Source of the DNA: Raillietiella orientalis
Lineage: Eukaryota
Assembly: GCA_036172245.1 (NCBI GenBank)
Contig: JAYWIR010000011.1
Location: 3,782,001-3,846,000 of the forward strand
Reading direction: 5' to 3'
Length of the DNA: 64,000 nt
Shown in pieces: positions 1 to 13,030 of the stretch. Within the stretch, counting starts at the first letter, position 1. Every line of letters begins with the position of its first letter. Below the pieces are notes generated by a model. That model made no database searches and was not told the origin of the DNA. It saw only the letters and a list, made by a program, of their open reading frames with translations. A program made the translations under genes and the position numbers.

Positions 1-539
1 CCCTCGCTATGAGGGCGGTCCAACCCATGACCCTCGTCCCTCTTCGGTTGTTCTTTGCTAACAAAACAGGGTAAAGGCGAGTACCACCACGTTCCCTGAA
101 ATCCGCCTGATTTTTCCGTGCCCTCCTTCGGACGAGGATGCGTTTCGTAAGCTCACCTCAGTCCGTCCTGGCACATGCCCTGAAGGCGTTGAAGCTCGAA
201 TGGACTACCGCTCTTCTGATGTGTACTCTCTCCTGCTTCCATTCTGCGACGCAGGGGATGAGGAAGGCGCGGACATTCTTGCACGGAACGAGGTCGATCA
301 CCTGCCGGCGCGCGGGTGTTTCGATGAGAAACGCGTCGGGCGAAGAACGACTCAGCGCCAAGAGAGCCCCTATCCCAGGATCCGAAGGGGCAGATCGCGT
401 TTTGAGGAATTCCCTGCGAGGAGGTCAACCCATCACGCACTTCCTTGCGGGCACTGCTCGTCGTTGCCTGCAGCATGCTGAGCTGCTCGCGGTGGCCTTC
501 TGCTGGTGGCCGCGGTCTCGGAGCGTGGCACCAAGGGTT

Positions 540-1200
540 GAGGGTTCCAATCCCTGCCCGCGGAAAGATCGACGCCGACAAATGGGTTCGCCGTGGTGAG
601 AAATGGGTGTTTGGAGTTCTCTTCGCAAGATGACGCCGATTGGCTTGTTTGGGTGGGCACTGGCAGAAGCTGAAAACCGGATGCTTCTGTTGACTGGCTG
701 GGATTGGAAGAAGAACCTTCGCGGTACTTTCAGAAATCAAGGAGTCGGCTCCCTTCGGGATTCCCCCTCCGATGGCAAAAATGAAGCCTCTCTTACCCTC
801 GGGGGACGCCCTATCGCGTACCATGGAGCTGGCTGATACCCCCTCGGAGGTTGCCTCTGCAGAGTGTTACAGAAGCGCCCTTCACAAAAATTAGGAAACG
901 TTGGTTTGGGGTTCTCTTCAGAGGAGGAAACCAGAAGCACCTTCCTTGAGGGGTTTCTCCGAAAAGGGAATTTAGGAACTGCCCTTCAGAGAAGGAATGA
1001 GGAGTGGCGTCTACAGACCGAATGGTCCCTCCGGCAAGGATGAGAAAGAGGTGGTTCTTTTCGGGGTTCCCTCCCAAGCGTGAGAGGAGCAGGCTCCTTC
1101 CTGCGCAACTTTCCTGGATGCATGAGGATTATCTCTCCGGGATACTCCCTAACTCGAAGAATTGGCGCGCATCTCCGGCTGGCGTGTGGATGAAGAGCTT
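540..1200. repeat. Unclassified dispersed repeat family X, copy 1
   Basis: Aligns by eye to 62995-64000: gggttccaatccc and aaaccggatgct(t/c)c(t/c)gt(t/c)gactggc(t/c)gggat are shared, and 820-1150 matches 63640-63960 (ctgg(c/t)tgatac, ttgcctct, ctcttcagag, ttcagagaag, gggttccct). Confidence 0.75.
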
Positions 1201-1289
1201 CGTGAGCCGCCAGACGGACGTTTCTTGCAGTGCTGAACGAATCAGATGAAAACAAAAGAAAGGAAACTCTAGAAGACAAAAAAAAAATG

Positions 1290-1800
1290 TGGAAGGGAAG
1301 AAGCGGAACGAAGGAGTTGCGTCATTCAAGCGCTCCGACCACGATCCCGAGGCAAGCAGGATCTCCTCGAACCGACGGGAGGAATGCCTCCTGGTAACGC
1401 CCTCACTGCGGAAGAGTGGGAGTCACGCGAGCTCTCGGTCTGAGCTCTGGGCCCCAGTCGGGATGGGACCGCGTTCCGAGAGCGTCTCCTTTCTCCGGTA
1501 CTGTTCCTCCCCGCGCTCTTCGGCCGATGGTCGCTCGGTGGACTCGTTGGTGGTCTCCTCGCTGGCTGTCCTCTGCCGCGACGCGACCATCTCTGGTCGC
1601 CAGGGTGGAGCTGCATGGTCCTCATCCCAGAGAGCCACTCGCATCGTTCTTGTGCGAAGTAGGAGGAAATGTCGCAGACCGGTTCAGGAGGCACAAAGGT
1701 GCCCGTGCGTCAGACTATCCCGAAACTGACGACTCCAGCCCTCCTTTTCTCTGTGCTTGACGCATGTCCTTGGAAGTCGTCTGCAGCACTGTGTGGTTGC
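1290..1800 (-). mobile_element. Decayed LINE ORF2 fragment (post-RT region)
   Basis: Frameshifted RKGGL/GVVSF resembles the post-RT PxxxGGLG motif. The 1310-1350 end resembles 38492-38525 of the LINE at 37880-40600. Confidence 0.4.
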
Positions 1801-2223
1801 TGGTCCACCCCATTTTCCAGTTTCGCTGATTGCACACCTCTACTCTGCCTTGACTGCTTTTCAACCCTGTCCCTTATGAGGTTCGCATCCTAAGTTTGCA
1901 CCTGATATATGTTGACCCTATTTGCCTAGCATTGAAGTTCGTCCCTTGCATCTGTGATTTGTATTTGATTCCTAATTTAAACCAAATTTATTTATTTATT
2001 ACAAATGAATTTTTTGCGTATGACATGGTCACTTTCCATTCAGTTGTTTCATTTCAAAATAAACATGCATGTTATTACGACATTCGTGCAACAGTGGAAT
2101 GGGAAAAGGGGTATTCTCAGATGAGCACTTTCGGTTGGATGTAAAATGGAAGTGGGGGGAGTAAATCAATATGTAAATAATAAGGATAAGTGAAAAATTA
2201 TGAATCCACAGCTCTAATCACCC

Positions 2224-4500
2224 TCAGTCCTTCAGTGGTGAGGAAGAGTCCCTCCGTCGTTTTTCGAGTCTCGTGAAGCCATTTGGAGGCCGCTGCTTAA
2301 GAATTATGATGGTTAGGGAGATGGCCACTCTCGTCCGAAGTCGAGTTGTTTCGATGCTCTGGACACAGTACCGAATCGTAGATACAGAGGCACGCGAAAG
2401 CTCATCTGCAGTGCAGGAAAGATGTACGAGGTCCATGAGGTTGCCGTTCTCGCGGAGGAGGTCTCTTTCTAGTCGCAACCACTGCAAGGTAGCGATGAGA
2501 CGGTGGAGAAGGAGCTGCGGAATGGACTCTTCCAGACAGCACCAGGCACGGTTTGTAAAGGTCTTCTCCTCCGTCAGGTGATGACTTTGCACAGCAGCAC
2601 ACGAGTCTCCAGGAAGGGTCGTGAGCCCAAGTGGAAGAACGGAGCTGTCCAGATGCAAGGGGTGACCGCCAGTCCCTCCTGAGAATGGCCTGAACGTCTC
2701 GTCGAAGTGCCTGCGTCCGCTAGAAGGGGTGCTGTCCATTCGACGGAAATTCGGTCACTCCTGAAATGGCGCGGCCACTCTGCCGGTTGGCTACTTTGAC
2801 TTATTTTCCAGGAGGAAGACACTGTTGTAGGTGAGGATGGTAAGAGCGCGTCTACTTGTAATCACCCATCATCCTCTGCAAAGACCCTCTGCTGAGGGTA
2901 TTCAGGGCTCGGAGTTCTTCTGGGCGTGCCTGTCTGCTTGATACAAATGTCAAGCGCCTCTCGCTGCCATGCAGAGAAATTGTCGGGAAGACGGGAGATC
3001 CAGCGAGAAGTAAGCTGGTAAACCCAAAGGGGGGAACAAGGTTTCGATCAGGTCTCGTGGAGCGTCTCTGATAAGACGGATTACGATCTCCCGTTTCCTG
3101 GCACATTCCAAAAGCAAGGACCGAGCCTTTAGCTACCGTGCAATGGGTTCACCCTGAAGATCTTCCCTGAATATTCCTGGTGAAGTTTTCCACTTTAAGT
3201 GAGGTTACATCACGCCTCCAGGAAAATGTCGGCATGCTGATGGAGCAGGGAAACTACGGAGATGATTGGACAGGTGGTAATGAGGAAATTTTAGCGTAGA
3301 TTACCGAGAAACTCGATCCACTTTTGTGAACCTTAGCAAGATCCTTGTACATAACTTTGTGGTTAGCAGTGCTGTTCTTCGTTCGGCCGAGCGTGTCTGG
3401 TCACGCCCAGCTTGATAGAGTAACCGGATTCTGTATCTCTTTCTCCAGTAATCCATGCCAAATGCTGCAAATTGTGCAAATTGCGTGAACAAGATTGATT
3501 TCGATGGACTGTACTGATGTCTTCATGATACCCCTGAGGAAGTGCTTTGTTGAAGAAGGATTTAGTTAACCGAAAGTCAGCTCATTTCTTGAGCTACGAG
3601 CACAGTGTTCTTCTTGCTAGAGGTTTTTGGCTGCATGGCGGTTCTAGTCGAATCAATCGTCAAAATAACAAATGCGACATGGGTGTTGAAAAGTAGGAGC
3701 GCAATTCAGGAGTCCAACATTCTCCAGAATTCTCCGCTGTGCTCGTGAAAACCTGGTTATGTTTAGGGAGAGCACCCATTCTCAACTGCTGCAAAGGATT
3801 GTCAATGGACGTGGTAGTTCCTCCACGGAGCAACTGGTGAACCCTAAGGAAACGACCCAAGGATTCCTTTCTTTAAAAAGGAAAGCATAAGTCATCCAGT
3901 AACACCGTGAATCTTTCTTCTGATGCTCCCGCCACTATCTGAAATTTTCTCTATTTGCCTCGCTTCCGGTTTGTTGTTCCTTGAAGAATAGAGACCACAG
4001 AAATACTGACATCGCCTTCATGATCCTTGGCTGCCTAGATTTCTCGTTTTCCGAGATGTTTTCCTTGCAGGAGAAAGCAATGGAAGTTTTATGAAAATCA
4101 TCCTCGGGTCTTTCAGGATGAGCAGGAGTATGCCTCTTCCTCTATGCCTGGAAATCATTTCTTACATTCAGATAGCAAAATTCTTTGATACTCAGTATCT
4201 TGAGTCTTTCTAATTTCTTCTTGCCTTTCTCGAAACACTGCTTTGCGATAGAAAATCGGCAGAAGAACGTTTTTGCACTTCTAGGTTTTTCTTACTCTAT
4301 TTCAGGCAGTAAAAGCTATCCCTGATGAACCCAGAAGATTCCAGACCGCCAAGCCTAGCTGTCGTCTCTTTTCTCACTTGAGAAATCTCCGAGTAAGTAC
4401 GGAAACCATCCAGCAAGTTTTTTTGGTCTAATATCTTCTTGGCTAATGATGTACGTCACTGGTACTGATAGCATCTTGCTTCTGAGAATGTGAAATCTAA
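2224..4500 (-). pseudogene. Endogenous viral element: decayed L (RdRp) of a Bunyavirales-like negative-strand RNA virus
   Basis: Minus strand, across frameshifts and in the expected order: motif F-like SLFFKEQQTG..NRE followed by IVAGASEERF (~3995-3910; phlebovirus-type LFKKQQHGGLREIYVMGAEER), motif A-like FTSTAENSGECWTP (~3750-3709), motif B-like HFLRGIM/LPQG (~3548-3520), degenerate C (~3390, about 48 codons after B), D/E-like NHKVMYK...WIEFLG (~3365-3303). Many stops. Outer limits uncertain. Confidence 0.65.
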
Positions 4501-5308
4501 TTTGATTCCAGGTTTTAGCCCTCCAGAGATCACTCTCCAGCTATTTCTACTTTTATCCTTGTTTGACTTGCTTTGCCGCTAAAAACGGATTCTTTGAGAA
4601 CCTCACTTTAGGCTCGTAACAGCGGGCATCTCAATCTGTTTCAGCTCTGCAAATGGTTCTGTGGGCTACGCAGGACGTTCGAACTGGTACATTTCTGCAC
4701 GTCCCCATTCTCTGGAGTCCGTGCTTCACGTGTTGCACTCTTTGATCGAATCGACCACAGCATGCCATGTTCTTTTTTCTCAGCAAGGCTAAGCTTTTCA
4801 GCAGCCGGTCGAAAGAAAATCAACAGCATGTGGAGAAAATGAGCAAAAGTGATACGCGAGTGATACTTCCACCTCGAGGTTCGCAGAGGGAAAGAGAAAA
4901 GTTCCATGGAAATCATCCTCAGATCTTCCAGGATCTGCTCATGGAGCCTCACTTATGTCAATGCCTCAATCGGATTCCAAGCTCGCTGATCAGACGGCAT
5001 GCCAAGTGATGATCAACTTTGTGCATCTTTGAGTTCCGAGGTCTACGGTTCGTCGCACGAGGAATGAGTCGGGTTCACATGATCCGTTTTTCTCAGCTTC
5101 TTCCCGATTCTAGATCGGGATTCCTATGCATGTGCTTCAAAGATTCCATTCAACATTTCTCTCCTTACCACGGGGGCTGCTCACAACCAGTGTGGAATCA
5201 GAAAAGAAACGTTCCCGCTGAAGAGCGCCTGGACATCCGTTTCACTAACAACACGTGCAAATCTGCACTTTCTAGAGAGCCGTGATTTTTTAATTTTTCC
5301 TAACATAA

Positions 5309-5875
5309 GAAGATGTATTGAGAACAAGAGCTGGAACTACTAGGATCCTTGAAACACATTTCGAATCCAGGGGGCTCCATTTTACCTCACTGATATCTAA
5401 TAACACGTTCGCAGAATGTTTGATGTCGGTGAACAAAGATCTGAGGAAAAAATGGATTTATTTTCTATGAAGGAGTAACAGCTTCTTTTTGCTCCACTGT
5501 CTAGTAACAAAAACCTTTAGCCGAGAATGTGGGAGCTGTAGATTCCAGGTTGGGATTTGGCACTCTCTGAAGATAAACAAGTTAATCGAATGGTGGAATC
5601 AACGGAATTGTTCGCCTCACTTTCTGACATCCAGTTGTTCCGTGATACTTTCATCATTGATACATTTTTTTCCTGAGCACTCTGGTCTCCAGCTTTTCCA
5701 GGAGGCAGCTGCGCATGCTCAGAGAAGTTTTAGGGATCTGAATGCAATGCACGAGCATAAGGAAGCCTACTACCATCTGACATGTGCCACAGTCACAACC
5801 AGCATCCAGTATGTCTTCGATGCCATCACTGATCTCACCATTAGGATGAGTTTGAAAGACTGTGGTCTGCTCTGC
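5309..5875 (+). pseudogene. Heterotrimeric G-protein alpha subunit (Gi/o class) pseudogene, C-terminal half, intron-containing
   Basis: EDVLRTRAGTTRILETHF; cag|A-MFDVGEQRSE (G3 DVGGQ); EGVTA; GT..AG intron 5504-5548; WDLALSEDKQVNRMVES..LF; FFPE..EAAA...KEAYYHLTCATVTTSIQYVFDAITD...LKDCGLL. Frameshifts are present and the NKxD (G4) segment is deleted. Confidence 0.9.
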
Positions 5876-6099
5876 GTCGTCAACACTTCTGTTTATGAGC
5901 ACGGACAGCAAGTAAAGCAGCATTTTTGTGGATACTCCGGAGCACGGACCTTGTACTCAAAGCCATATACAATGAATACATTACTTTTGCCATCACAATG
6001 AAAATGCACCTCAGCCAGTGGAATTAGTTGCACCTGATTCTCCGTGCTGCCATCTTGGAACTGTGATGCATTCTCGTGAAGTAACTGCCTAGTGGCTGA

Positions 6100-6560
6100 G
6101 GAAATGCCTAAAAGCAGTGAATTTTCCCTGGATTAGGTTTGGTGCGCCCTTTAGTATGAGTTTTCCTACTGCCCAATCTTCCATGGATGGCATTCTCCAG
6201 GATTCCTCGTGCGCGCAGAAGTTTGGAGGCACTTTGCAGGCCCTGAGTCTCTTGCTCAATATCCTCTCGAACGCTCGGCCGTCGATAATGAGGATTGAAA
6301 GAGAGCAGCAGAGCCAATGCAAGCCACTATGGAGATGTGCGGCATGAGTCTTGTCTCGTCCTCTTCATTGAGGTGATCTTGTGCTTCCAAACTCCTTCTG
6401 AACATTTTACATCTCCTTTCCACTTCGAAAGAGTCTCCAACGAAGGTCGGTGGGCCTTTAAGCACATGTTCCACTATGTGACCTTTGCCTGCAACCCATG
6501 CTCCGTGAAGAGTTGGAAGCGGGTGTGTGCTTGAACGTCCGGGGATAATTTGCGGACGGA
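6100..6560 (-). other. Possible decayed negative-strand RNA virus nucleoprotein fragment (weak)
   Basis: Frameshifted QLFTEHGLQAK/HIVEHVLK...FRRSLEAQDHLNEEDETRLMPHISIVACIGSAALF loosely fits the central helix plus PY motif of Mononegavirales/Jingchuvirales N. Pattern recognition only. Confidence 0.25.
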
Positions 6561-9500
6561 TTAAAGCTAAATGAGATTCCAAAATAACTTCGGCTTAGAA
6601 GCGGAAGGCTTCAAGAGATCAGCTACCCTTTTCTTCATGCGATTTAACCTGAAGGAGGAATCTTCTGTCCTTGCCGTGCATGCTGGAGCATATGAACGGA
6701 GCCATTAGGGGAACCAATAATTGGGAAACAGATTCGAAGAATAACAGCAGCGGACGTTGCCATCGGGAACAAGATCACTGTTTTCATGGAGATGAAAATG
6801 AGGCATGAAATGAATTCTGCGCTAAGTTTCCTTCCTTGAAAAAAGCCGTCAATCGATTATCAAAAAGCGAAGAGGCATTACGGGACCTGATCTCAGGTTA
6901 GCACACATATAAAGATGAGTGTTGTGATGGAATGTGTTCAACGCATGCAATCGGCATGTGTTGACGTGGGTTCAGCGGACGGGGTTGCCGTTGAGGAGAG
7001 TTGAAAAGAAACTGAGTTCACGTTTCCTGTTGAACAGGAGTTTGTCCGTAATTCTACGATAGCAAAGTCAGCGTAAACTTTGGGTTTTAGATTCATTTTC
7101 CGAGGACTAACAGGGACGGGTTTTGCAGTCATAGTGTGATGCACTGCTATGTGTGGAAGGACCGGTGTGCTCCAAGCTATGGAAGGTCATTGAGCGGTAG
7201 TGTGAAATGATGCATTAAAATGTTCCTTAGGGTTGGTTGTTGAAGGATGTGGGAAATAGTCAGGGTACTTACGTCATTTGAATCATAGAGAGTACCATAA
7301 GATGACTGTGCAGTGAAGATTAAGGGTATTAATGTTGTTAGCTATCAGCCACAAATATATCTGTACAGTCATTTACGAAGAATGAAATCACAAACAAGGA
7401 AGCATGGTGAGAATGAAGAAGAATGGTGAGAAGCGTGAAGAATGGTGGTAGAATGGAGAGGCTGAAAATGGTTTAATTTTCAGGCAGGACGTTCCAACTG
7501 TTTCCTAGTTTCTCTACGTCTAATTGAAGATTAGTTTCTCCCACGAAACTTCATGCATCCCTATTCCTTCCTTATTTCCACGGGATGAATGAGATCGAAG
7601 GAGCCTCCTCCCAGTTCTCAAAAAACAGATGACCACTACCAGTATTCTCCATCACTGTGTACCACTTCCCTGAATCACTAAATGATTTTCACCAAACCGT
7701 CTTTTGACCATTGAAAAGTCAAGTTTCTCTTTAAAGCCATTCTTTGGCTCTTTTCGCGCATTCAGATGAACTTTAAGTTCCAGTGAGAGAAATTTCATAG
7801 GTTCAAGTCTTTGGAGGATCAGTCAAGGTAAATTGAACTCGGATCTGGCCAATCGAAAGCGCACGAGGACGCAAATGAACGAATGAATCTCACTGAAGCA
7901 AATTTAAATTAAATACCGCTCAATGTGTCTCCCTTGCATTGGTTCCCGTTCGCCTCCACATTTTCTGGAACAGAAACCACAGCATTTCACAACGCCATTT
8001 ATTATACCGATAGCTGTATTCGTTGAACACATCGGATCCTCTGAAGATATCTAGGGGGCACTGGATCAGAGTGACCTCAATGCCCTGGTTTCAGGCTGGA
8101 AGCAATCGTGGCTTTCATGTTTTGAGAGCCATGTCAAGTTCCCTGAGATCGCAGATGCATAAAAGCCATCGTGGAAGCATGCGCGTGCTACAGAAGACTC
8201 TCCGCCAAGAAACGGAATCCGATGAAGCAAACTTTCTCCTATACGAACTGTTTCGTACAGCACCGGCGAAGGAGTGACAGCAAGGGAATGTTTCTCGTGA
8301 ATAACTAAACCGGAATGTCCCTGATGACATGCAAAAGTCAAACAGGAGAGCTTCGACGAAGTTGCCACGCAGTTTGCAGAAGGCAGACTTGTCGCAGACG
8401 CCGAAGAAGATCCCTCACCTTTGGCAGAAATTATCAGCAATAGCTGGTAAAGAAACCGTGCTTCCGAGGCATCTGCCATGCGGAGCCACCTTTGCTTGTC
8501 TAGCAGTCATCAAAAGGAACGGCAAAACGTGCCTTTCCTTTCTGGAAGCACCTCCACGTTGGACTTTCAGTCTACAAAAGTCACAGAGAGACTGCGGAAG
8601 GCCATAAGTAAAACCTGCAGATGAAGCGGCATCCATCAAGCAACAACGACACGTGTGTTGAACAAAACAGGAATAGGTGGATGGGGAGGATGGACATGAA
8701 CATGCTTCAAATGAAGAAGGTGTTTAGGTATGCGATCGCTGGATGAAGTGATTCCGACGAAGTCGTTGATGAGATATATAAAAAACTTGAACATCTGGGA
8801 GGAAGCCATAAGGGTGCGGAAAACCGGATCGGCACACTGGCACACTTGAAAATACGCTGCTTGCATTCAGTCAAGCTGCAAGGAGCACGAGAAGAGGATG
8901 AGATGAAAACGGGGTTGCTGGAGAAGTTTTCGAGAGAAACTGAGGATGAGTTCTCTTGCATCTCATGAGCATCAGCGGGGAAGATGAGTTTTGGAAACCT
9001 GTGCGCATGCGTGCCATCAGCACCATCATCGCTGCACAGGAACGCTTTCTACCTTGGCCATTGCGATGCTTGTAGCATCAGCTGGCGCATCTCTAAGGAG
9101 CACCTTCAAACGTCTGGCTGGTGACCTTAACTCCACCCACTCCGGGTTGACTTCAGAACGCCCAAACAGAAAAGCCGCTTTCCCTCGAACGGGAGAGGCA
9201 AGGAGTGGCTCTGCATCCTCGGAAAGTTGGTGATTTCGAAACTTTAGGTAGAAGCTCGTCCTTTGCCTTTAAGGACTAAGGAACGAACATCAGCCTCCAC
9301 GAGGTGATCGCTCCCGGTGAGAGTGGCGCGAAATTCTGGAATTCGCGCCAGCCAGAGGGAGCAGCTTTTTCGCGCTCCATCTTCCCCCTTCCCGGCGGCT
9401 TCCGAGGAATCCCGTTTTCCGAAGGGGGAGCTGAGTTGCCTACTGTGAAATCTAAAGGGCATTCCACGAGACATGAGAACGCTTTCCCCATTAAGAGGCG

Positions 9501-9599
9501 GGCTGGAATACTAATTTTCTTCCCCTCTCCACACGGCCTGTTGGCTCCCCTGCAGTTTAAGAGTCGTGTGCAGAGAAAGAAGACAAACACAATTATGCG

Positions 9600-10260
9600 A
9601 TAAACACTACACATCCGAATGGAGCCCGTGTGTCAAATCTTCGCGTCGTTTCCGGGTGCACGTACTTCTCCGATCAAAGTCGAAGAAGCCGCTGAGTCCA
9701 GGACGCGGTCGAGCAGACTCGGCAGCGAGCTGGCTCCTGGCCATCGTCGTCGTCAGCCTTGGAGACACTCGCAGATACATGACGCGCAACGGGAAGGTCT
9801 CACGTGCTCGTGTGCTGGTCCAAACTGCCACCGGGCCGAAGGATGGACCTGCTGTTTGACGCGAGATGATCGCCGTCTTCCGCCTTTCCATCTTCCGCAG
9901 CCTCTCGCGGGTCATCGCGGTGCAGTCTCTTCACGAGAGCAGCCTGCGGTACACGTGGGTCAGCACGCTTCTGCCATACTGAGGCCAAGAATACTCGCCG
10001 CTGGCACCGAATGGAAAAAAGTCCTCGCTCCTTCGGGTGGACGACCGTGCTGCGCTTCGGTCCGGTTGACCGAGAAGGCGCGACCTCCGTCGCTCGAGCC
10101 AAGAGCGAAGGTCCGTAGGCGCTTATGGCCTGGTCGGGGATCGGACATCGAAAACCACGCAATGGGAGCACCGAAGACAAATGAAATATGCGCTCTGCGC
10201 GAAAGAGGAACTGGTCGAGTTGGACTAGCAAACGCAACTCAGCTCCCCCAACCACGAGGT
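9600..10260 (-). mobile_element. Probable decayed LINE ORF2 fragment (post-RT)
   Basis: GC-rich block with VVHPKERGLFSIRCQRRVFLASVW, similar to the LVVPRRDAGL segment of other copies in this window. Confidence 0.35.
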
Positions 10261-12779
10261 ACTCAACATATGATGGCCTACTCTATTTTAAAACTGACAG
10301 ATGGATATCTCGAAGAGATGTTTTTCGGGAGAAGCAAATTCGGTTACCCGAAGGTGCCGAAATTGCATTCCTCCAGAAAGGGCTTCAGCGTTCCTTTTCG
10401 GGTAGCAGGCTCTTAGAAACTCATCCAATTAGAAAGTCTTCCGCGAACGAGTGCAAGTGAGGCGCAGTGGCTGTTGCCAGGTAAGGACGAGAGTCCATGT
10501 CATCGCTGTCAATCCGTCTTACCCTCCATCCTTTCCTTTCATTACATGTTCCCCTTCCTCTCCTTCCTTTACTTCCTCCCTAGTTCCGTCTCCAGCGGGG
10601 TTTGGTCCCCTTTTGATTCGGGGTGAGTGCAACTTCCCATGGTTCATCTGCTTTAAGTGGTCCGGAAATCCATGATGAGAACGCAACTGCGGAACATTAT
10701 TTACTAAAAGTTAATTGCAAATCAAATAAATGTTTACTAGCGAACGTTCCTGAGGAGATTTGCCCAAGAATGTTGCCATGGAAACGTGGTCTCCCACCTG
10801 GAGCACGTTCAGTCTCTTCTTGGGAAGATTGAGAAGACAATAGGACAGAGAAAGAAATAAGGGAAAGAAGCGTTCTCTCTAGATTGCTCGAATTCGATGC
10901 AGGCCGCTCCTCTCCCGGGTTCCAGGGAATGGTGGGTCCAGACAGTGACCTAGTTCTTTGTTGGAATAAGGCTGCCGGCATAATCGCTTCGCTCTTCGGC
11001 TTGCAGATGCTGATCTGACGAAACTGCAGCTTTCACCTCGTTGCAGAGAAAAGAAAACGCTTAGGGTAAGTGCGTCTTTCTACGCGGGGCAAAAGGCACC
11101 GCAATTTAAAAAGTGAAGGCGGGCATTGGATCGTACGGCAAGCAGAGCAGTTCGGAGCTCTGCTTGTCCAACCTCTTCCAGAGCTCTCTGCAAGGGACAA
11201 GCGCTCACAGTGGCAAGAAATCCTCGCGATGATGGCGTTGAATTGGTCTTTATGCCAGATGGTTTCATATCGCAGCGACCAGAAGGACGACACCGGCTTG
11301 TTGCATTCTGTGAGGGTCTCACTGCATCAAGATGAACGATCATTCTCACCGAGAAAGGGATGCAAGTTTTCTCTTTCTCGGTGGGCCCCACACTACTCCC
11401 TTGTGAGCTCACATTGGGATGCGCTCCAAAAGCCGAGCGGGAGGCTCACGCCGTGATTGAGTCCCAACAGTCACCAATGCATCTGCATGCGGATCTTGAG
11501 CTGTAAGGGGTATGGACTCGCACATTTCAGGGACAGTGCAGCAATCCCATGGTACCTCTTAAGACAGTGCTTATCTTCCATACCCTTGCTGACCATTCGG
11601 AAGCTGCGGAATCGACGACAGTGATCTCCAAAGTGAAACAAGGGCATGGCCGCTGCTCACGCGACTTCTCGCAACAGCCACAGTCTCGAACTGAATTGCA
11701 ACACGAAGTGATCTAAACTGGTTCTATTAAACAAAATGAAGCTTCGGAAGAATTGTGAGACACCAGATCGCCAGGATCGAAGGCCCTTGACCTTAGGTGC
11801 CCTTGTCTTTGCCGTGCTCAGATCTTAGAAAGTCATGTTGACCATGGTGACCTCCAAATGGTTTCAAAAGAATAGATACCTTAGCCGCTCATGCTGCATA
11901 TTATTTACTTGTTTTAAATGATTGGTTCAGGATGCTGAGATGTGCAGAGGAACCAAACGACTGCGATTACGTCATGGTTTGGGCAAACCAGAGCCTGCGC
12001 TTGCAATTAGCTCCAATTGCTTGCCGAAAGCCGCACTTTGCTTTCGCTGAGAAAACGTAACTAAGGAGTGACCATCGGCATGTTGCATTTCGCTACTAGC
12101 TCCAGAGGAAAGGGATCCTTGATCGATTCGCCCCAGGAAAAAACTCGTCAATCTCACACGATCTGGGAAGCAGTCACGTCAGGGAAATGCCAGTTGGGTA
12201 TTAGTGGCAACAGTCACTCGCTGGATATTACACAACGGAGGAGAAAACTCCTCTCATATCGGCACCATAAATTACTAAGAACCTGGAAGGAAATCTCTTA
12301 CAGAGAATCAGTCAATCCTTAGCCGTGTTCCAGAGCTGCTCACGCAAAGCAAAACGGGGTATCTGCATCCCAGATGCCGTCGCTACATCGGCCACATGTT
12401 TTCTCATATCGTTCCATTTTCCCAGCCAGAAAAATTCTCCGAGTGTTGAAAGAGTAGATGGAGAACTTCTGGGAAAAGAGTATGGAACCACTTGAGAGTG
12501 GGTTCAAAGTCACGAGAATCGAATGGAAAATTCGGGAAGTATTTGGGAACGATTTGGCAATCCGATTCCACACAGCGTTCGACAATCTTTCCTGAAAATT
12601 CGATGTTAACCGATTAAATTAAAGTGCATGCACGATGCTTATTAGTGTTTTATTAGAGGAATAGCTGTCAGAATCTGCTCACGCGTATCTTTCAGATCTG
12701 CTGCCCTCTGTGTTCGACTTGGAGTGGTCGGGCAGTTCGCGAAAACGCTTAAGATTGACCTCGCGGCTATCCAACAAGG

Positions 12780-13030
12780 ATTACGGATTCCCATCTCCTC
12801 GAGCGTTCGAGTTTTCTGGGTACCTTTCCTTAATCACGGAAGCTGGAGAACTGACTACCCTGCAACTTATCTTTTGAGCTAGCTTGATGTGAAATAAATT
12901 CAATCCACGAGGTAAAGTGTTTTGGGAGCAGCCCCTTGTCCATTTTATCATGACGGATGCCACAGATGATGGATTTGCGGCAATCAGGAGAATATACAGT
13001 GAGCAGACCATTGCGGAACCATCGATCTGT
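12780..13030 (+). other. Possible decayed mononegaviral nucleoprotein fragment (weak)
   Basis: Frame reading EFSGYLSLITEAGELTTLQLIF*ASLM*...FAAIRRIYSEQTIAEP loosely fits the N central region. Pattern recognition only. Confidence 0.25.

Noticed and set aside
2224..3100. Mononegavirales L similarity (EELRALN, SCTADEL)
   Set aside because: Weak, with no GDNQ found; the upstream motifs fit a bunya-like polymerase better.
6930..7330. Possible COX1 NUMT (RKYPDY) or viral fragment
   Set aside because: Only a 6-residue resemblance, with no collinear continuation.
9619..10416. 265-aa plus-strand ORF as a gene
   Set aside because: Probably a GC-rich antisense shadow of a LINE-like fragment; no domain recognised.
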